64,000 nt of DNA from an uncultured Arenicella sp. (GCA_947499305.1 CANMNN010000016.1:8614-72613); one strand, 5' to 3'. Shown: positions 27,927-38,023, numbered from the stretch's first letter. Notes: generated from the letters alone by a model not told the origin. Numbers and translations: made by a program.

Positions 27927-27947
27927 GCCCCTGTTGTTATCGCTGGT

Positions 27948-28835
27948 TTACTGCGCGGGTTTTTTAAAACGAAGCGTCATGCGGTCGCTTTCTCCGATAG
28001 CCATATACTTTTCTCGGTCTTGATCTTTGAGTGCGAGTACTGGTGGCAAGGTCCACACACCTTCACTGTGGTCTTTGGTGTCGGCAGGGTTAGCGTTGAT
28101 TTCTGATTTTGCATCAAGTACGAAGCCTGCTTTGCTTGCAGCTGCGATAATTCTGGCCTCAGATACGTAGCCTTTTCTCGCCCATGCGACGGCGTCGTCA
28201 TTTTCAGGCGCGCGGTGTTGAACAACACCCAAGACACCACCAGGTTTTACAACCTTAAAAAAGTCCGCATAAACATCGTCAATCATACCTTCACGAGTCC
28301 AGCCATGACTGCTACGAAAGGTGAGAACCATGTCTACCGAATTGGCTTCCCACAATTCTCGTGAATCTGGTGGTGAATAGCTTGCAACCTCAATTTTTCC
28401 GTATAGGTCCGGTTTATTCTTAATGTTGTCAAGCAAGGCTTGATGTTGACGGTAACGGTATTTTGGTTGGCCTTCTACAGAAATGTCGTAGCTGCCGGCG
28501 ATATAGCGGCCGTTGCCGTGCATGGCTGGCGCAATGACCTCTGTGTACCAACCGCCGCCTGGGGCGATTTCGAGCACGGTCATTCCTGGCTCCAAACCAA
28601 AAAAGGCCAACGTGCCAAGTGGGTGTCTATATTGATTGCGCGCTTTGTTTTTATCGCTGCGGTGTTCGCCATGTGATGCGGCTTCGAGCTTAGCGACCAG
28701 AGTGGTATCCATTGCTTGAGTGTTAACGCTAGCAAATAGGCCGGCAGATAATAAAGCGGTACTTAGATATTTATTCATCATAGATTTGTATTGATAGGTC
28801 GAGTTAAAAGAAGGGCTATAGCACATTGTATGCAA
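27948..28835 (-). CDS. Predicted exported class I SAM-dependent methyltransferase
   Basis: RNQYRHPLGTLAFFG, VLEIAPGGGWYTEV, VKPGGVLGVVQHR, IGESDRMTLRF; signal-like N-terminus. Confidence 0.85.
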   Translation of the reverse strand: MHTMCYSPSFNSTYQYKSMMNKYLSTALLSAGLFASVNTQAMDTTLVAKLEAASHGEHRSDKNKARNQYRHPLGTLAFFGLEPGMTVLEIAPGGGWYTEVIAPAMHGNGRYIAGSYDISVEGQPKYRYRQHQALLDNIKNKPDLYGKIEVASYSPPDSRELWEANSVDMVLTFRSSHGWTREGMIDDVYADFFKVVKPGGVLGVVQHRAPENDDAVAWARKGYVSEARIIAAASKAGFVLDAKSEINANPADTKDHSEGVWTLPPVLALKDQDREKYMAIGESDRMTLRFKKPAQ

Positions 28836-29000
28836 GCGTCTTCAATAATTCATGAAAATTCCATAGAAGGGTTAAAGACGCCGCACCTCAGTGTAACTTA
28901 GAACTCTATAGGGTGCCGATTCTCACTAAAGATACTCTATAGCGTTGATTAAATTCAGATACACTAACATTACTCTCTCTAGGTTTTTACGGTAAATCAT

Positions 29001-30161
29001 ATGAAACAAATTTCGCTTAAATTAGTTGTTTTCACTACGCTGCTAATCGCGACTGGCTTGTCTGAATTGGCAAACGCTCAAAAGAGTAAACCCCAAGCCA
29101 CGCGCGACAAATTGGGGGTGAAATTTATGCAGCACATTGTCGAAAAAGATTTTAAGGCCGCAGATAAAATGGTTGATATGAACGCCTATGGAGCCAAGGT
29201 CGCAAAAGGCGTTTTTGATGAGGAGCCAAAGCAGCGTGCTTTTTTGAGTGGCTTCATACCCAGTCTTCAAAAAACGTCTTTCACCGAAAAGGTTTTCGCG
29301 GCTTCGGAGACAGAACAGCTGTCATTTGCTTATCTTGGTACCAATGGAAAGCGGCAACCAGTTCTCCGCATGGACTACTCCTCGGGCGGTCATGAGTACA
29401 TCAAGCTAATTTTGCGCAAGAACAAAAAAGGTGCATTGCGCATTGTTGATTTTGGCTTTGCCTCGACCGGCGCGTTGAGTAGTACGGGTACAGCAAATGC
29501 AACTAAGTACTTAATTAAACCAAGTGAGTCGATTCTTAAACGATTGCTCGGAGGAGTAGACCCTGATAAAGGGTTGATTAAGAAGTTTGAAAAAATTTCA
29601 GAGTATCGTTTAAAGGGTGAGTACCAAAAAGGGTATGAAATAATTGACTCATTTCCTGAGGAGCTCAGGAATCAAAAAGAGTTGATACTAAATTCTATAA
29701 ACTTTGCGTCAGGTTTCGATGAGTCGCTCTATCGCCAGAAACTTTCGAAATTTGCTGAGCTGTATGGCGATGATCCGGCGCATGCCTTTATGTTAATTGA
29801 TCACTATTATTTTCAACAAGATTGGAACAGTGCGATAGACGCGGTAAATGTATCTAAAAAAGAGTGGGCTGATGATGCTGCACTAAATGTCATATTGACT
29901 GGGCTCCAACTAGAAAGCGGCTTGTTGGATGAGGCTATTAATTCGGCTGAGTACGCCAGAACACTGGAGCCAGAATCTGAAATGGTTTATTGGAGTAGCT
30001 TCTCGGCATACCTTAGCGCTGAGCAGTTTGGCAACGCTGTTGAGATGCTCGATGTCTTGAAAGAGACCTTTTATTACGAATTCACTAGCGAAGAGTTTTT
30101 GCAGGCACCTGAAAATTATGATCTAGTGCAATCCAAAGCCTTTAAAGCCTGGGCAAAATAG
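29001..30161 (+). CDS. Secreted hypothetical protein with C-terminal TPR-like repeats
   Basis: Signal peptide ending ELANA; Ala/Leu-rich helical repeats in the C-terminal half. Confidence 0.7.
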   Translation: MKQISLKLVVFTTLLIATGLSELANAQKSKPQATRDKLGVKFMQHIVEKDFKAADKMVDMNAYGAKVAKGVFDEEPKQRAFLSGFIPSLQKTSFTEKVFAASETEQLSFAYLGTNGKRQPVLRMDYSSGGHEYIKLILRKNKKGALRIVDFGFASTGALSSTGTANATKYLIKPSESILKRLLGGVDPDKGLIKKFEKISEYRLKGEYQKGYEIIDSFPEELRNQKELILNSINFASGFDESLYRQKLSKFAELYGDDPAHAFMLIDHYYFQQDWNSAIDAVNVSKKEWADDAALNVILTGLQLESGLLDEAINSAEYARTLEPESEMVYWSSFSAYLSAEQFGNAVEMLDVLKETFYYEFTSEEFLQAPENYDLVQSKAFKAWAK

Positions 30162-30209
30162 CGCTGGCTCAAATAGTTGGTGTAAGGCACTGGATGAATT
30201 CGACTCGGT

Positions 30210-31247
30210 TTAGTCATCAAGCAGTAAACTAATGGTCGAGCTGATGCTCAGCTTACGAGGTGCTGTCTCGGTTTGAGGCTCAGAAATATCGGCTTGTTTC
30301 CAATCGCGAATAATTTTTCGAACCTCGATTCCCGACTCGGTTAGATCGCTAGTTTGCCAATTGCCATTCGTACTGGTGCCCGGTTTGATAATCGAAGCAC
30401 CTTCTTGCTTATCGTTTACCGACCAATTGAGATGGCTAATATTGTTTTTTGCCAGAAAAGTCATCCATCGATTCGTCTCAGCTAGGGCTACGCCACCGTC
30501 TCCATTTGCATTAACCGTGCCCCACTCAGTGACAAATAGGGGAATGCCATTTGCCAGTGCCGTACGTGCTTTATTACGTAGGTCCTCTCCATGCGTGCCA
30601 GCATAAAAATGCAGTGTGTAGGCAATATTTTCAAAGCCTTGTATTGGTGAGCGAGAAGCCTCATCAACACGCTGAGAATAAAACGGTGTGCCAACAATGA
30701 TTAGGTTATTTGAGCCGGCATCACGAATCGCTTGAATTACTGGAATCGCATAGTTCTTTATAGTGCTCCAGGGCGTATCAATGGGTTCGTTGTAGACTTC
30801 GAAAATGACATTGTTGTGTTGCCCGTATAGAGTTGCCATTTCTCGGAAGAAGCTAACCGCTTGGTTGGGGTTTCGTTCGGCGAAGTGCGAATGCCAATCA
30901 ATGATCACGTAGATATCTTCGGCAATTGCGGCTTCGACAAGGGCTCGAACTCTATTTCGGTTGGAGTTGGGGCTATCTATAAAGCCACCTGGGTCTTCAA
31001 CGCCCATCGCAGCTCGTACAATCGGTGTGCGCCAATCTTTTTTGAGCCACGCAACGGTCGCTTGATTGTAATAGCGTTCGCCACCGTAATTATTATTACT
31101 CCAAAAGAAGCTGTTGCCAGCCAAACTACCTTGTTGGCCCCCATATAAAACCTGGTTGCCGCTGGTTGTGACGGGAGCTACGGCGTGGGCTTGAAGAGCG
31201 CATATAAAAAGCAGTAGCGCTATTATGTTGTTTTTTGGTTTGTTCAT
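30210..31247 (-). CDS. GH5 endoglucanase (cellulase)
   Basis: Signal peptide; VIIDWHSH, FEVYNEP (acid/base), TLHFYAGTH, LFVTEWG (nucleophile), NWSVNDK. Confidence 0.92.
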   Translation of the reverse strand: MNKPKNNIIALLLFICALQAHAVAPVTTSGNQVLYGGQQGSLAGNSFFWSNNNYGGERYYNQATVAWLKKDWRTPIVRAAMGVEDPGGFIDSPNSNRNRVRALVEAAIAEDIYVIIDWHSHFAERNPNQAVSFFREMATLYGQHNNVIFEVYNEPIDTPWSTIKNYAIPVIQAIRDAGSNNLIIVGTPFYSQRVDEASRSPIQGFENIAYTLHFYAGTHGEDLRNKARTALANGIPLFVTEWGTVNANGDGGVALAETNRWMTFLAKNNISHLNWSVNDKQEGASIIKPGTSTNGNWQTSDLTESGIEVRKIIRDWKQADISEPQTETAPRKLSISSTISLLLDD

Positions 31248-31379
31248 AGTAGCTTAAGTCACCATAGTCGAATTGGTACAACAAGTTACAGTCATGAAGG
31301 GAATCTATCGCCACCAAATGCAAACGCAACTCGGTGGCGATAATCTAATGACGGATAAATGGTCGATGCGATTTAGGCT

Positions 31380-33752
31380 TTACTCACCGGCAACTGTAAG
31401 CAAGGTAGTCTGAAGTGATTCAGAGCTGTTGCCAAGCATGATGTCGAATTCACCTGCTTCGACTGTGCGTTCCATATTGATATCGAAGAATGCCAAGTCA
31501 CGTTGAGCATCAAGGTCAAACACTACGGTAGTACTCTGGCCAGGCTCTAAGCTTACTCGTTTGAACGCTTTTAGTTCTTTCACCGGCCGTGACACAGAGC
31601 TGACTTTGTCGCGGATATAGACTTGAACAATCTCGTCTGCGGCTACTGAGCCTGTATTTTTGAGCGTCGCACTAACCTCAACTTTGCCAAAGCGGTTAAT
31701 GCTTTTGCTTGATAGCTTAGGTTTGCTCAAACTAAAAGTTGAGTAGCTTAAGCCAAAACCAAATGGGTAGAGTGCGTCGGTTTTATTGTCTACGTAACCG
31801 CGTCGCGATGTTGGCTTGTAGTTGTAGTAAACCGGTAAATGGCCAACCGACCTTGGAATACTTACAGGGAGTTTGCCGCTTGGGCTAACATCGCCAAAGA
31901 GAACTTGTGCTACTGCGGTGCCGGTTTCTTGACCTAGAATCCAGCCATTGATAATCGCTGGAGCTTTCTCACTGATTTCTTCAATTGCTAATGGTCGGCC
32001 GCTAATGAGCACAACAACAATTTCTTTTCCTGTCGCGTGAAGCGCGTCGAATAATTCTTGCTGTTCGCCAATGAGTGTAATATCGGCGCGATCACCTAGG
32101 TGATTATCTTGATAGGCTTCTCGGCTAGTGGCTTCGTTGCCGCCAACAACTAACACTACTACATCACTGTCTTCGGCAACTTTAACGGCTTGGTCGATAC
32201 GCTTTAGATTTTCATCTCGATCGGCGAAAACAACGTCGTCACGCCACCAACTACGAAAACCCGGGTTTTCGGTAATTCGTGCTCCTTCGGCATAGACCAC
32301 TTCTACCGAGCTTGGGACACGTTGTTTTATGCCTTCTAACACGGTAACAGTTTGGCGAGGTTGATCTGAGTAGCCACCCAAGACCATGGTGTCGGCATTC
32401 GGGCCAATAACTGCTAAGCGTTTAATTTGATCTTGCTTGAGTGGTAACGTTTGATTTTCATTCTTCAGCAATACCATGCTCTTTAGGGCAGCATCTAAAG
32501 CGAGCGCTCGAGCTTCTTCATTACCGGTGATCGTCTCGGCATAATCAGCGTCAGCATATGGCGCATCAAAAAGCCCGGCATTAAATTTCAGCGTTAGAAT
32601 GCGTGCTACTGAAACGTCTATATCACTCTCAGAGTATTTTCCTTGTTTGACTAAGTCGAGAAGAACCGGAAATACATCGGCGTCTGGTAATTCGATGTCG
32701 ACACCAGCTTGGTGTGCTAGCTTAGCTGCAGTTTCATCTGAGTCGGCAACAAAGTGTAGCGATTGAAGTTGGTCAATAGCATAGTAGTCTGAAACCACCA
32801 AGCCTTCAAACCCCCATTCATCCCGAAGCACTTCTTGCAGTAAAAACTTGTTGCTATGTGAAGGAATGCCATCGATTTCGTTATACGACGCCATTACTGA
32901 TGCGGCGTTGGCCTCTTTAATTGCCGCTTCGAATGGAGGGAAGAAAACTTCACGTAGGATGCGCTCTGAAATATTTGCAGGAGCAACGTTGGTACCCGAT
33001 TCTGGTTGACCATGACCTGTCATGTGTTTGAGTGTGGTAAACACTTTGTCGCTCGCCAGTTTGTCACCATCACCTTGAAAGCCCCGAACCGCGGCCACGC
33101 CAATTCGTGAAACTAAGTGCGGATCTTCACCAAAGGTTTCTTCGATGCGACCCCAGCGCGGGTCGCGAGACACGTCTACCACGGGTGACAAAACATGATG
33201 CACACCACGGGCCCGAATCTCGCGAGCAACAACACTGTAAATGTCTTCAATAAGCTCAGTATCCCAACTACTGGCTAAGCCAATTGCTTGCGGAAAAGAA
33301 GTCGCGTCTGCGGCTTGAAAACCATGCAGCCCTTCTTCGTGAAATAAGGCGGGAATGCCTAAGCGAGTGTTTTCAATCAGCTGTTTTTGAATGCCGTTGG
33401 CTAATTTGACGCTAGAGCCAGCATTGCGCGCCGGCGTGGATTCAGACTTACCCATGCCAACAACATCTTGTGGGCGTGCTATGCAGCCTATGCCATCAGG
33501 ATGTTGCTTGGTTAAGGCGTCAGGTTTTAGTTCACCGCTTTGATCAATGAATGAGGCTTTGCCTTGCCATACGCAAACCATCTGCGCAATCTTCTCTTCC
33601 AAGGTCATGCGCGGTAATAAATCATTTACTCGAGCTTGAGTGCTCTGGCTAGTGTCTTTATAAATCTGCGCACTTGCCGGCGCACCAGCACTGAGCCCAG
33701 CGGCTAGTATGGCCATTGTAATGACCCGCTTGGGGGTAGTTTTTTTTATCAT
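31380..33752 (-). CDS. GH3 beta-glucosidase/beta-xylosidase (BglX-like)
   Basis: Signal peptide; DPRWGRIEETFGED, TLKHMTGHG, VVSDY (nucleophile D), YPFGFGLSY, FN3-like C-terminus. Confidence 0.93.
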   Translation of the reverse strand: MIKKTTPKRVITMAILAAGLSAGAPASAQIYKDTSQSTQARVNDLLPRMTLEEKIAQMVCVWQGKASFIDQSGELKPDALTKQHPDGIGCIARPQDVVGMGKSESTPARNAGSSVKLANGIQKQLIENTRLGIPALFHEEGLHGFQAADATSFPQAIGLASSWDTELIEDIYSVVAREIRARGVHHVLSPVVDVSRDPRWGRIEETFGEDPHLVSRIGVAAVRGFQGDGDKLASDKVFTTLKHMTGHGQPESGTNVAPANISERILREVFFPPFEAAIKEANAASVMASYNEIDGIPSHSNKFLLQEVLRDEWGFEGLVVSDYYAIDQLQSLHFVADSDETAAKLAHQAGVDIELPDADVFPVLLDLVKQGKYSESDIDVSVARILTLKFNAGLFDAPYADADYAETITGNEEARALALDAALKSMVLLKNENQTLPLKQDQIKRLAVIGPNADTMVLGGYSDQPRQTVTVLEGIKQRVPSSVEVVYAEGARITENPGFRSWWRDDVVFADRDENLKRIDQAVKVAEDSDVVVLVVGGNEATSREAYQDNHLGDRADITLIGEQQELFDALHATGKEIVVVLISGRPLAIEEISEKAPAIINGWILGQETGTAVAQVLFGDVSPSGKLPVSIPRSVGHLPVYYNYKPTSRRGYVDNKTDALYPFGFGLSYSTFSLSKPKLSSKSINRFGKVEVSATLKNTGSVAADEIVQVYIRDKVSSVSRPVKELKAFKRVSLEPGQSTTVVFDLDAQRDLAFFDINMERTVEAGEFDIMLGNSSESLQTTLLTVAGE

Positions 33753-33860
33753 AATCGTCTCCTAAGTAGCCTCCTGTGGTGGCATAAAAGTGGTCTCTCA
33801 AATCGCAATGAGGGAGTTAATTTAATGTGTGAATAAACACGTTGAATTTGTTCTGTCTAT

Positions 33861-34526
33861 CTAGAGTTCGAATACGAAACCTTGGTCTTGTAGTTTTTGG
33901 TAGGTTGCGTGATCAAATCGGTATAATTGAGCTGCTCGGTGAGCGCCTCCGGTTTGCTTTTCTTGGCAGTCGACGAGTAAGTCCATGCGCAGCATTTTCC
34001 GTCGAAAATTTGGCTTATTGAGCTCGATATCCAAAATGGCTTCGTATAGTTTTTGCAGCTCTAAAAGCGTGAACTTGTCAGGGAGTAAATTGAAGCCAAT
34101 TGGGGCGTGACGAATTTTGTGTCGCAAATGCTGGATACCATACTGAATTATGCTTCCATGGTCATACATCAACTCGGGCAGTTCTTTTACTGAAAACCAT
34201 TGAGCATCCAATTCGTGAGCGCCGGCTACGGCTTCGTAGTCTTGTGGGCGCACTAAAGAATAGTAAGCTGTGGTGATTACTCGCTCACCGGGATAGCGAT
34301 CCAAGGCGCTGAAAGTATGTAGTTGGTCGAGATAGATATCGTCGATGCCAGTTCTCGTGCGTAGTGTTCGAACGGCGGCATCTTCTAAGCTTTCGTTGTC
34401 GTATAGAAAGTCGCCGGGTATGCCCCATTGACCTTCGGCAGGGCCATCAGCGTGCTGAATTAAGCACACTTCTAACCGTTCATTACGGCAACCAAATATT
34501 AAGCTGTCTACAGAGTGTCTGTGCAT
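33861..34526 (-). CDS. NrtR-family regulator (Nudix + winged HTH)
   Basis: SVDSLIFG, WGIPGDFL...ESLEDAAVRTL, C-terminal LLPDKFTLLELQKLYEAIL...NFRRKM...RAAQLYRF. Confidence 0.88.
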   Translation of the reverse strand: MHRHSVDSLIFGCRNERLEVCLIQHADGPAEGQWGIPGDFLYDNESLEDAAVRTLRTRTGIDDIYLDQLHTFSALDRYPGERVITTAYYSLVRPQDYEAVAGAHELDAQWFSVKELPELMYDHGSIIQYGIQHLRHKIRHAPIGFNLLPDKFTLLELQKLYEAILDIELNKPNFRRKMLRMDLLVDCQEKQTGGAHRAAQLYRFDHATYQKLQDQGFVFEL

Positions 34527-34528
34527 GC

Positions 34529-35926
34529 CTAACCTCGCATTTCTTCGAGACTCAAGCCTTTGGTTTCGTGCACAGCCTTAGCAACAAACAGAATTGATAG
34601 TGCTGCGAAGAACGCGTAAATACCGTATGCACCTGCGAGGCCAATTCCAACCAACATGATTGGGAAGCTGATAGTAATTAAAAAGTTCGCGAGCCACTGA
34701 AATAAACCGGCAACGGCCAAGCCTGAACCACGCAACTGATTCGGAAACATCTCGCCGAGCATAACCCACATTACTGGGCCCCAGGAAAAGTTAAAGAACA
34801 TCACATAGGCGTTGGCTGATATAAGCGCAAGCTTGCCCATTGAGTCACTCAATACTAATTGGTCGTTTTCAACACTTGCCCCCGCGAAGGCAAACGCGAC
34901 CAAAGCGAGTGTTACGGCCATGCCGATTGAGCCGATCATAAGCAAGGGCTTGCGGCCAATTTTGTCGATAAGAACCAGTGCTAAGCCTACCGCTGCGATG
35001 CTTAGCAAGCCTGATAATACATTGATCTGTAATGCGTCACTTTCAGAAAAACCAACCGATTGCCAAAGTACGGCGCCGTAATAAAAGACAACATTAATGC
35101 CGACTAGTTGTTGAAAAGTGGCTAAGCCAATTCCAACCCAGACAATTTTTCGTACTTTGCCATTCTTATTAAAAATGTCTTTAAGTTGAGGTTGGTGGCC
35201 GTCTTCAGCTAGGGATGCTGATATTTCATTGACCATTTTGTCGGCCGATTCGGCACCACGTAAACGCGTGAGTACTTGTTTAGCTTTTTGATCTTGCTTA
35301 CTGAGAACTAAATAACGCGGGCTTTCAGGGATTAATAATAGTGTGAGTAAAAACAATGTCGCTGGGGCAAGCTCTATCCAGAACATCCATCTCCACGCTT
35401 CATAACCCAACCAATGCTCTGCGGTAGAACCGCCAGCAAATTTGGCTAGAAGGTAATTAGAAAAAAACGCGCAAGACAAACCAAAAATAATCGCCACTTG
35501 CTGAATGCTCGATAAACGACCACGCATCGACGACGGCGCAATTTCGCTGATGTAAGCGGGTGCCATAACACTGGCCGCGCCAACCGCTATTCCGCCAAGA
35601 ATTCGATAAATAACGAATTCGAACGACCCGCTTGCGATGCCTGAGCCCCAAGCGCTAATAATAAAAAACACCGCCGCGACAAGAAGCAATGAGCGTCGAC
35701 CAAATCGATCTGCCAAACGTCCGGCGAAAAATGCACCAACCGCACAACCAAGAAGCATTGAGGCAACGTTAAAGCCTGTGCCGACGCTGTCCGAGTCAAA
35801 CGCCGTTTGCAGCCCGTCAACGGTACCGTTAATAACGCCACTGTCGAAGCCAAACAAAAAGCCGCCGAGCGTGGCTACTAAGCTGATGGCAATAATTAAT
35901 GGCATATTATTATTTGATGTTGCCAT
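34529..35926 (-). CDS. Sugar porter family MFS transporter (XylE/GlcP-like)
   Basis: GGFLFGFDSGVING, DRFGRR, PAYISEIAP, PESPRYL, QQLVGINVVFYYG, WGPVMWVMLGEMFP, ETKG. Confidence 0.95.
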   Translation of the reverse strand: MATSNNNMPLIIAISLVATLGGFLFGFDSGVINGTVDGLQTAFDSDSVGTGFNVASMLLGCAVGAFFAGRLADRFGRRSLLLVAAVFFIISAWGSGIASGSFEFVIYRILGGIAVGAASVMAPAYISEIAPSSMRGRLSSIQQVAIIFGLSCAFFSNYLLAKFAGGSTAEHWLGYEAWRWMFWIELAPATLFLLTLLLIPESPRYLVLSKQDQKAKQVLTRLRGAESADKMVNEISASLAEDGHQPQLKDIFNKNGKVRKIVWVGIGLATFQQLVGINVVFYYGAVLWQSVGFSESDALQINVLSGLLSIAAVGLALVLIDKIGRKPLLMIGSIGMAVTLALVAFAFAGASVENDQLVLSDSMGKLALISANAYVMFFNFSWGPVMWVMLGEMFPNQLRGSGLAVAGLFQWLANFLITISFPIMLVGIGLAGAYGIYAFFAALSILFVAKAVHETKGLSLEEMRG

Positions 35927-35974
35927 AATGAAACTCCCTTGGTTTTAGATGCTATTTTAAGTTTTAAGCGCGCG

Positions 35975-37318
35975 TTAAATTTGGAAAAAAGCGTCGTTAA
36001 TTAAGTTTTCGACCAGCTCTTGTTGACCGCTTTCTGGCTCAGGGTAGCCTGTTTTGTTTGCAAATTCGAATAGGTCGCTTAGTTTAAGTTCACCATTTTC
36101 GAACTGCTTGCCCGTACCGTCGTCGAAACTGCGATAGCGCTGCTGTTTGATGGCGTCTAGCTTTCCGGAACTAATTAGCTTTTCTGCAATTAGTAGACCT
36201 CGCGCAAAGCTATCCATACCACCAATGTGTGCGTGGAAAAAATCATCTAAGTTGGTTGATTCGCGGCGCAGCTTGGCATCAAAGTTTAGGCCACCAGATT
36301 TAAATCCACCATTTTCGAGTACCACCAACATTGCTTGTGCGCAATCGTAAAGGTCTGTGGGGAACTGGTCGGTGTCCCAACCGTTTTGGTAGTCACCACG
36401 ATTGGCATCGATAGAGCCGAGCATGTCAGCGTCGGCCGCCATGCGTAAATCGTGCGCAAAAGTATGACCGGCAAGAGTCGCGTGGTTTGCTTCAATGTTG
36501 AGCTTGAAGTCTTTATCAAGCCCATGATGGCGTAGAAAGCCAATGACTGTTTGGGCATCAAAGTCATATTGGTGCTTAGTGGGTTCCATTGGCTTTGGTT
36601 CAATAAGAAAGTCGCCTTTGAAGCCTATAGAGCGGCCATAGTCCCGCGCCATGCTTAAAAACTGTGCCATGTGCTCTAGCTCACGCTTAGTATCAGTATT
36701 AAACAGCGTCGAGTAGCCTTCGCGGCCTCCCCAGAAAACATAGTTCTCGCCGCCAAGCTCAACCGTTGCATCGAGGGCCATTTTCACTTGGGCACCAGCG
36801 TGAGCTAATACGTGAAAATCTGGGTTAGTGCTAGCGCCGTTCATATAGCGTGGGTTGCTGAATACATTAGCCGTGCCCCAGAGCAATTTAATGCCGGTTT
36901 CAGCTTGTCGCTTTTTCGCAAGTGCGACTGTAGTTTCAAGGTGGCTTTGTGTAGTGCTAAGTGATTCACTTTCGGCCGACATGTCTATGTCGTGAAAACA
37001 GTAATAAGGCACATTGAGTTTAGAGATTAATTCGAACGCGGCATCCATTTTTTGTTCAGAGATAGCTAAAGGATCAGTGCCCATTAACCATTCATGATTA
37101 CGCGTTTCTGAGCCAAAAGGATCTGCTCCGCCAGAACAAAAGGTATGCCAATAGCACACCGCGAAACGAAGGTGTTCTTCCATGCGTTTGCCCATAACCA
37201 GCCGGTCAGGGTCATAAGCTTTGAAAGCGAGAGGGTTATCAGAGTCGCGACCTTCAAACTCAATGCGACTAATGGAAGGAAAGTATTCTTTTTGACCGAT
37301 AAAAACTGGGCGCGACAT
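35975..37318 (-). CDS. xylA: Xylose isomerase (class II)
   Basis: [51 protein letters not shown]. Start moved to ATG 37318 (CAGGAG RBS); track gave 37357. Confidence 0.97.
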   Translation of the reverse strand: MSRPVFIGQKEYFPSISRIEFEGRDSDNPLAFKAYDPDRLVMGKRMEEHLRFAVCYWHTFCSGGADPFGSETRNHEWLMGTDPLAISEQKMDAAFELISKLNVPYYCFHDIDMSAESESLSTTQSHLETTVALAKKRQAETGIKLLWGTANVFSNPRYMNGASTNPDFHVLAHAGAQVKMALDATVELGGENYVFWGGREGYSTLFNTDTKRELEHMAQFLSMARDYGRSIGFKGDFLIEPKPMEPTKHQYDFDAQTVIGFLRHHGLDKDFKLNIEANHATLAGHTFAHDLRMAADADMLGSIDANRGDYQNGWDTDQFPTDLYDCAQAMLVVLENGGFKSGGLNFDAKLRRESTNLDDFFHAHIGGMDSFARGLLIAEKLISSGKLDAIKQQRYRSFDDGTGKQFENGELKLSDLFEFANKTGYPEPESGQQELVENLINDAFFQI

Positions 37319-37361
37319 TGCAAGCTCCTGATGATGGCGCGCCTTAAAGCGTCGCATCTAT

Positions 37362-37392
37362 TATAGTTATATTCACATTGAATATAACTATA
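37362..37392. promoter_or_regulatory. Perfect palindromic operator overlapping the xylA -10 element
   Basis: TATAGTTATATTCA-CAT-TGAATATAACTATA (14-bp arms); minus-strand TATAAT at 37365-37360. Confidence 0.75.
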
Positions 37393-37462
37393 TCGGCTCG
37401 GACGAGTTATTGCAATCGTTGCTCAGAAAACTAATTGGGTAAACTGCTCAGGGAGCTCAGTA

Positions 37463-37611
37463 AGAAAAACTGAAAGAGGCTGCCCAACTTCCATGTTGAG
37501 CAGCCAGACTTCAAGGTGGTGAGAACATCTATGTTCAAATTCTGATCCATCAGACACCGATGTCAGTGGTGTAGCATCCTGCCTTTTCAGTTCATCCTGA
37601 ACTCCGCTGAC
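37463..37611 (-). ncRNA. Putative Csr/Rsm-family (CsrA-sequestering) small RNA
   Basis: Five GGA motifs, four in hairpin loops (two CAGGATG); TACTAT -10 at 37623-37618; GC stem 37505-37478 followed by a U-rich tail. Confidence 0.65.
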
Positions 37612-37672
37612 AATTAAATAGTAGGGTATCAGGTATCTACGTACCTCACCCCTGCGGGTGATTTTCTACTAA

Positions 37673-38023
37673 TTAGAGTGGGTAAGCTTCATCGCTTAAT
37701 ATCTTCGCTAGGCCATCGACCACTCGGAACAGAGCCCAGAGCCAAACAACGCCCAATACCGCAAAGCCGACTACGACTGGGATTAAAGCGCAGCCTATGA
37801 TTGTCCAAAACAAACTCCACCAAAAGACGCGTGTGGCGTTGACAAGATGGCTATGGTAAACCGTTCCGATGGAACCTTTTTTCTGAATCATTGCCCAGAT
37901 CGCGCCAAACAATAGCGGGATGCCGGTGAATAAGCCAAAAGAAAGTAGGATGTAAGAAACCAGCGCATGCGTTTTATATTCGCTACTGCCCACAGTTGAT
38001 GTCGTTGTAATAATCGCACTCAT
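37673..38023 (-). CDS. Small membrane protein (DUF4870/COG3671-like)
   Basis: ALVSYIL...GAIWAM...YHSH...FWWSLFW...WALFRVVDG pattern; 3 TM segments. Confidence 0.75.
   Translation of the reverse strand: MSAIITTTSTVGSSEYKTHALVSYILLSFGLFTGIPLLFGAIWAMIQKKGSIGTVYHSHLVNATRVFWWSLFWTIIGCALIPVVVGFAVLGVVWLWALFRVVDGLAKILSDEAYPL

Noticed and set aside
37448-37611. 6S RNA interpretation of the long duplex (contains CACCTTGAA)
   Set aside because: No CCCTGAGCCG-like 5' motif or symmetric central bubble, and not in the zapA-ygfA context. Looped GGA motifs fit Csr/Rsm better.
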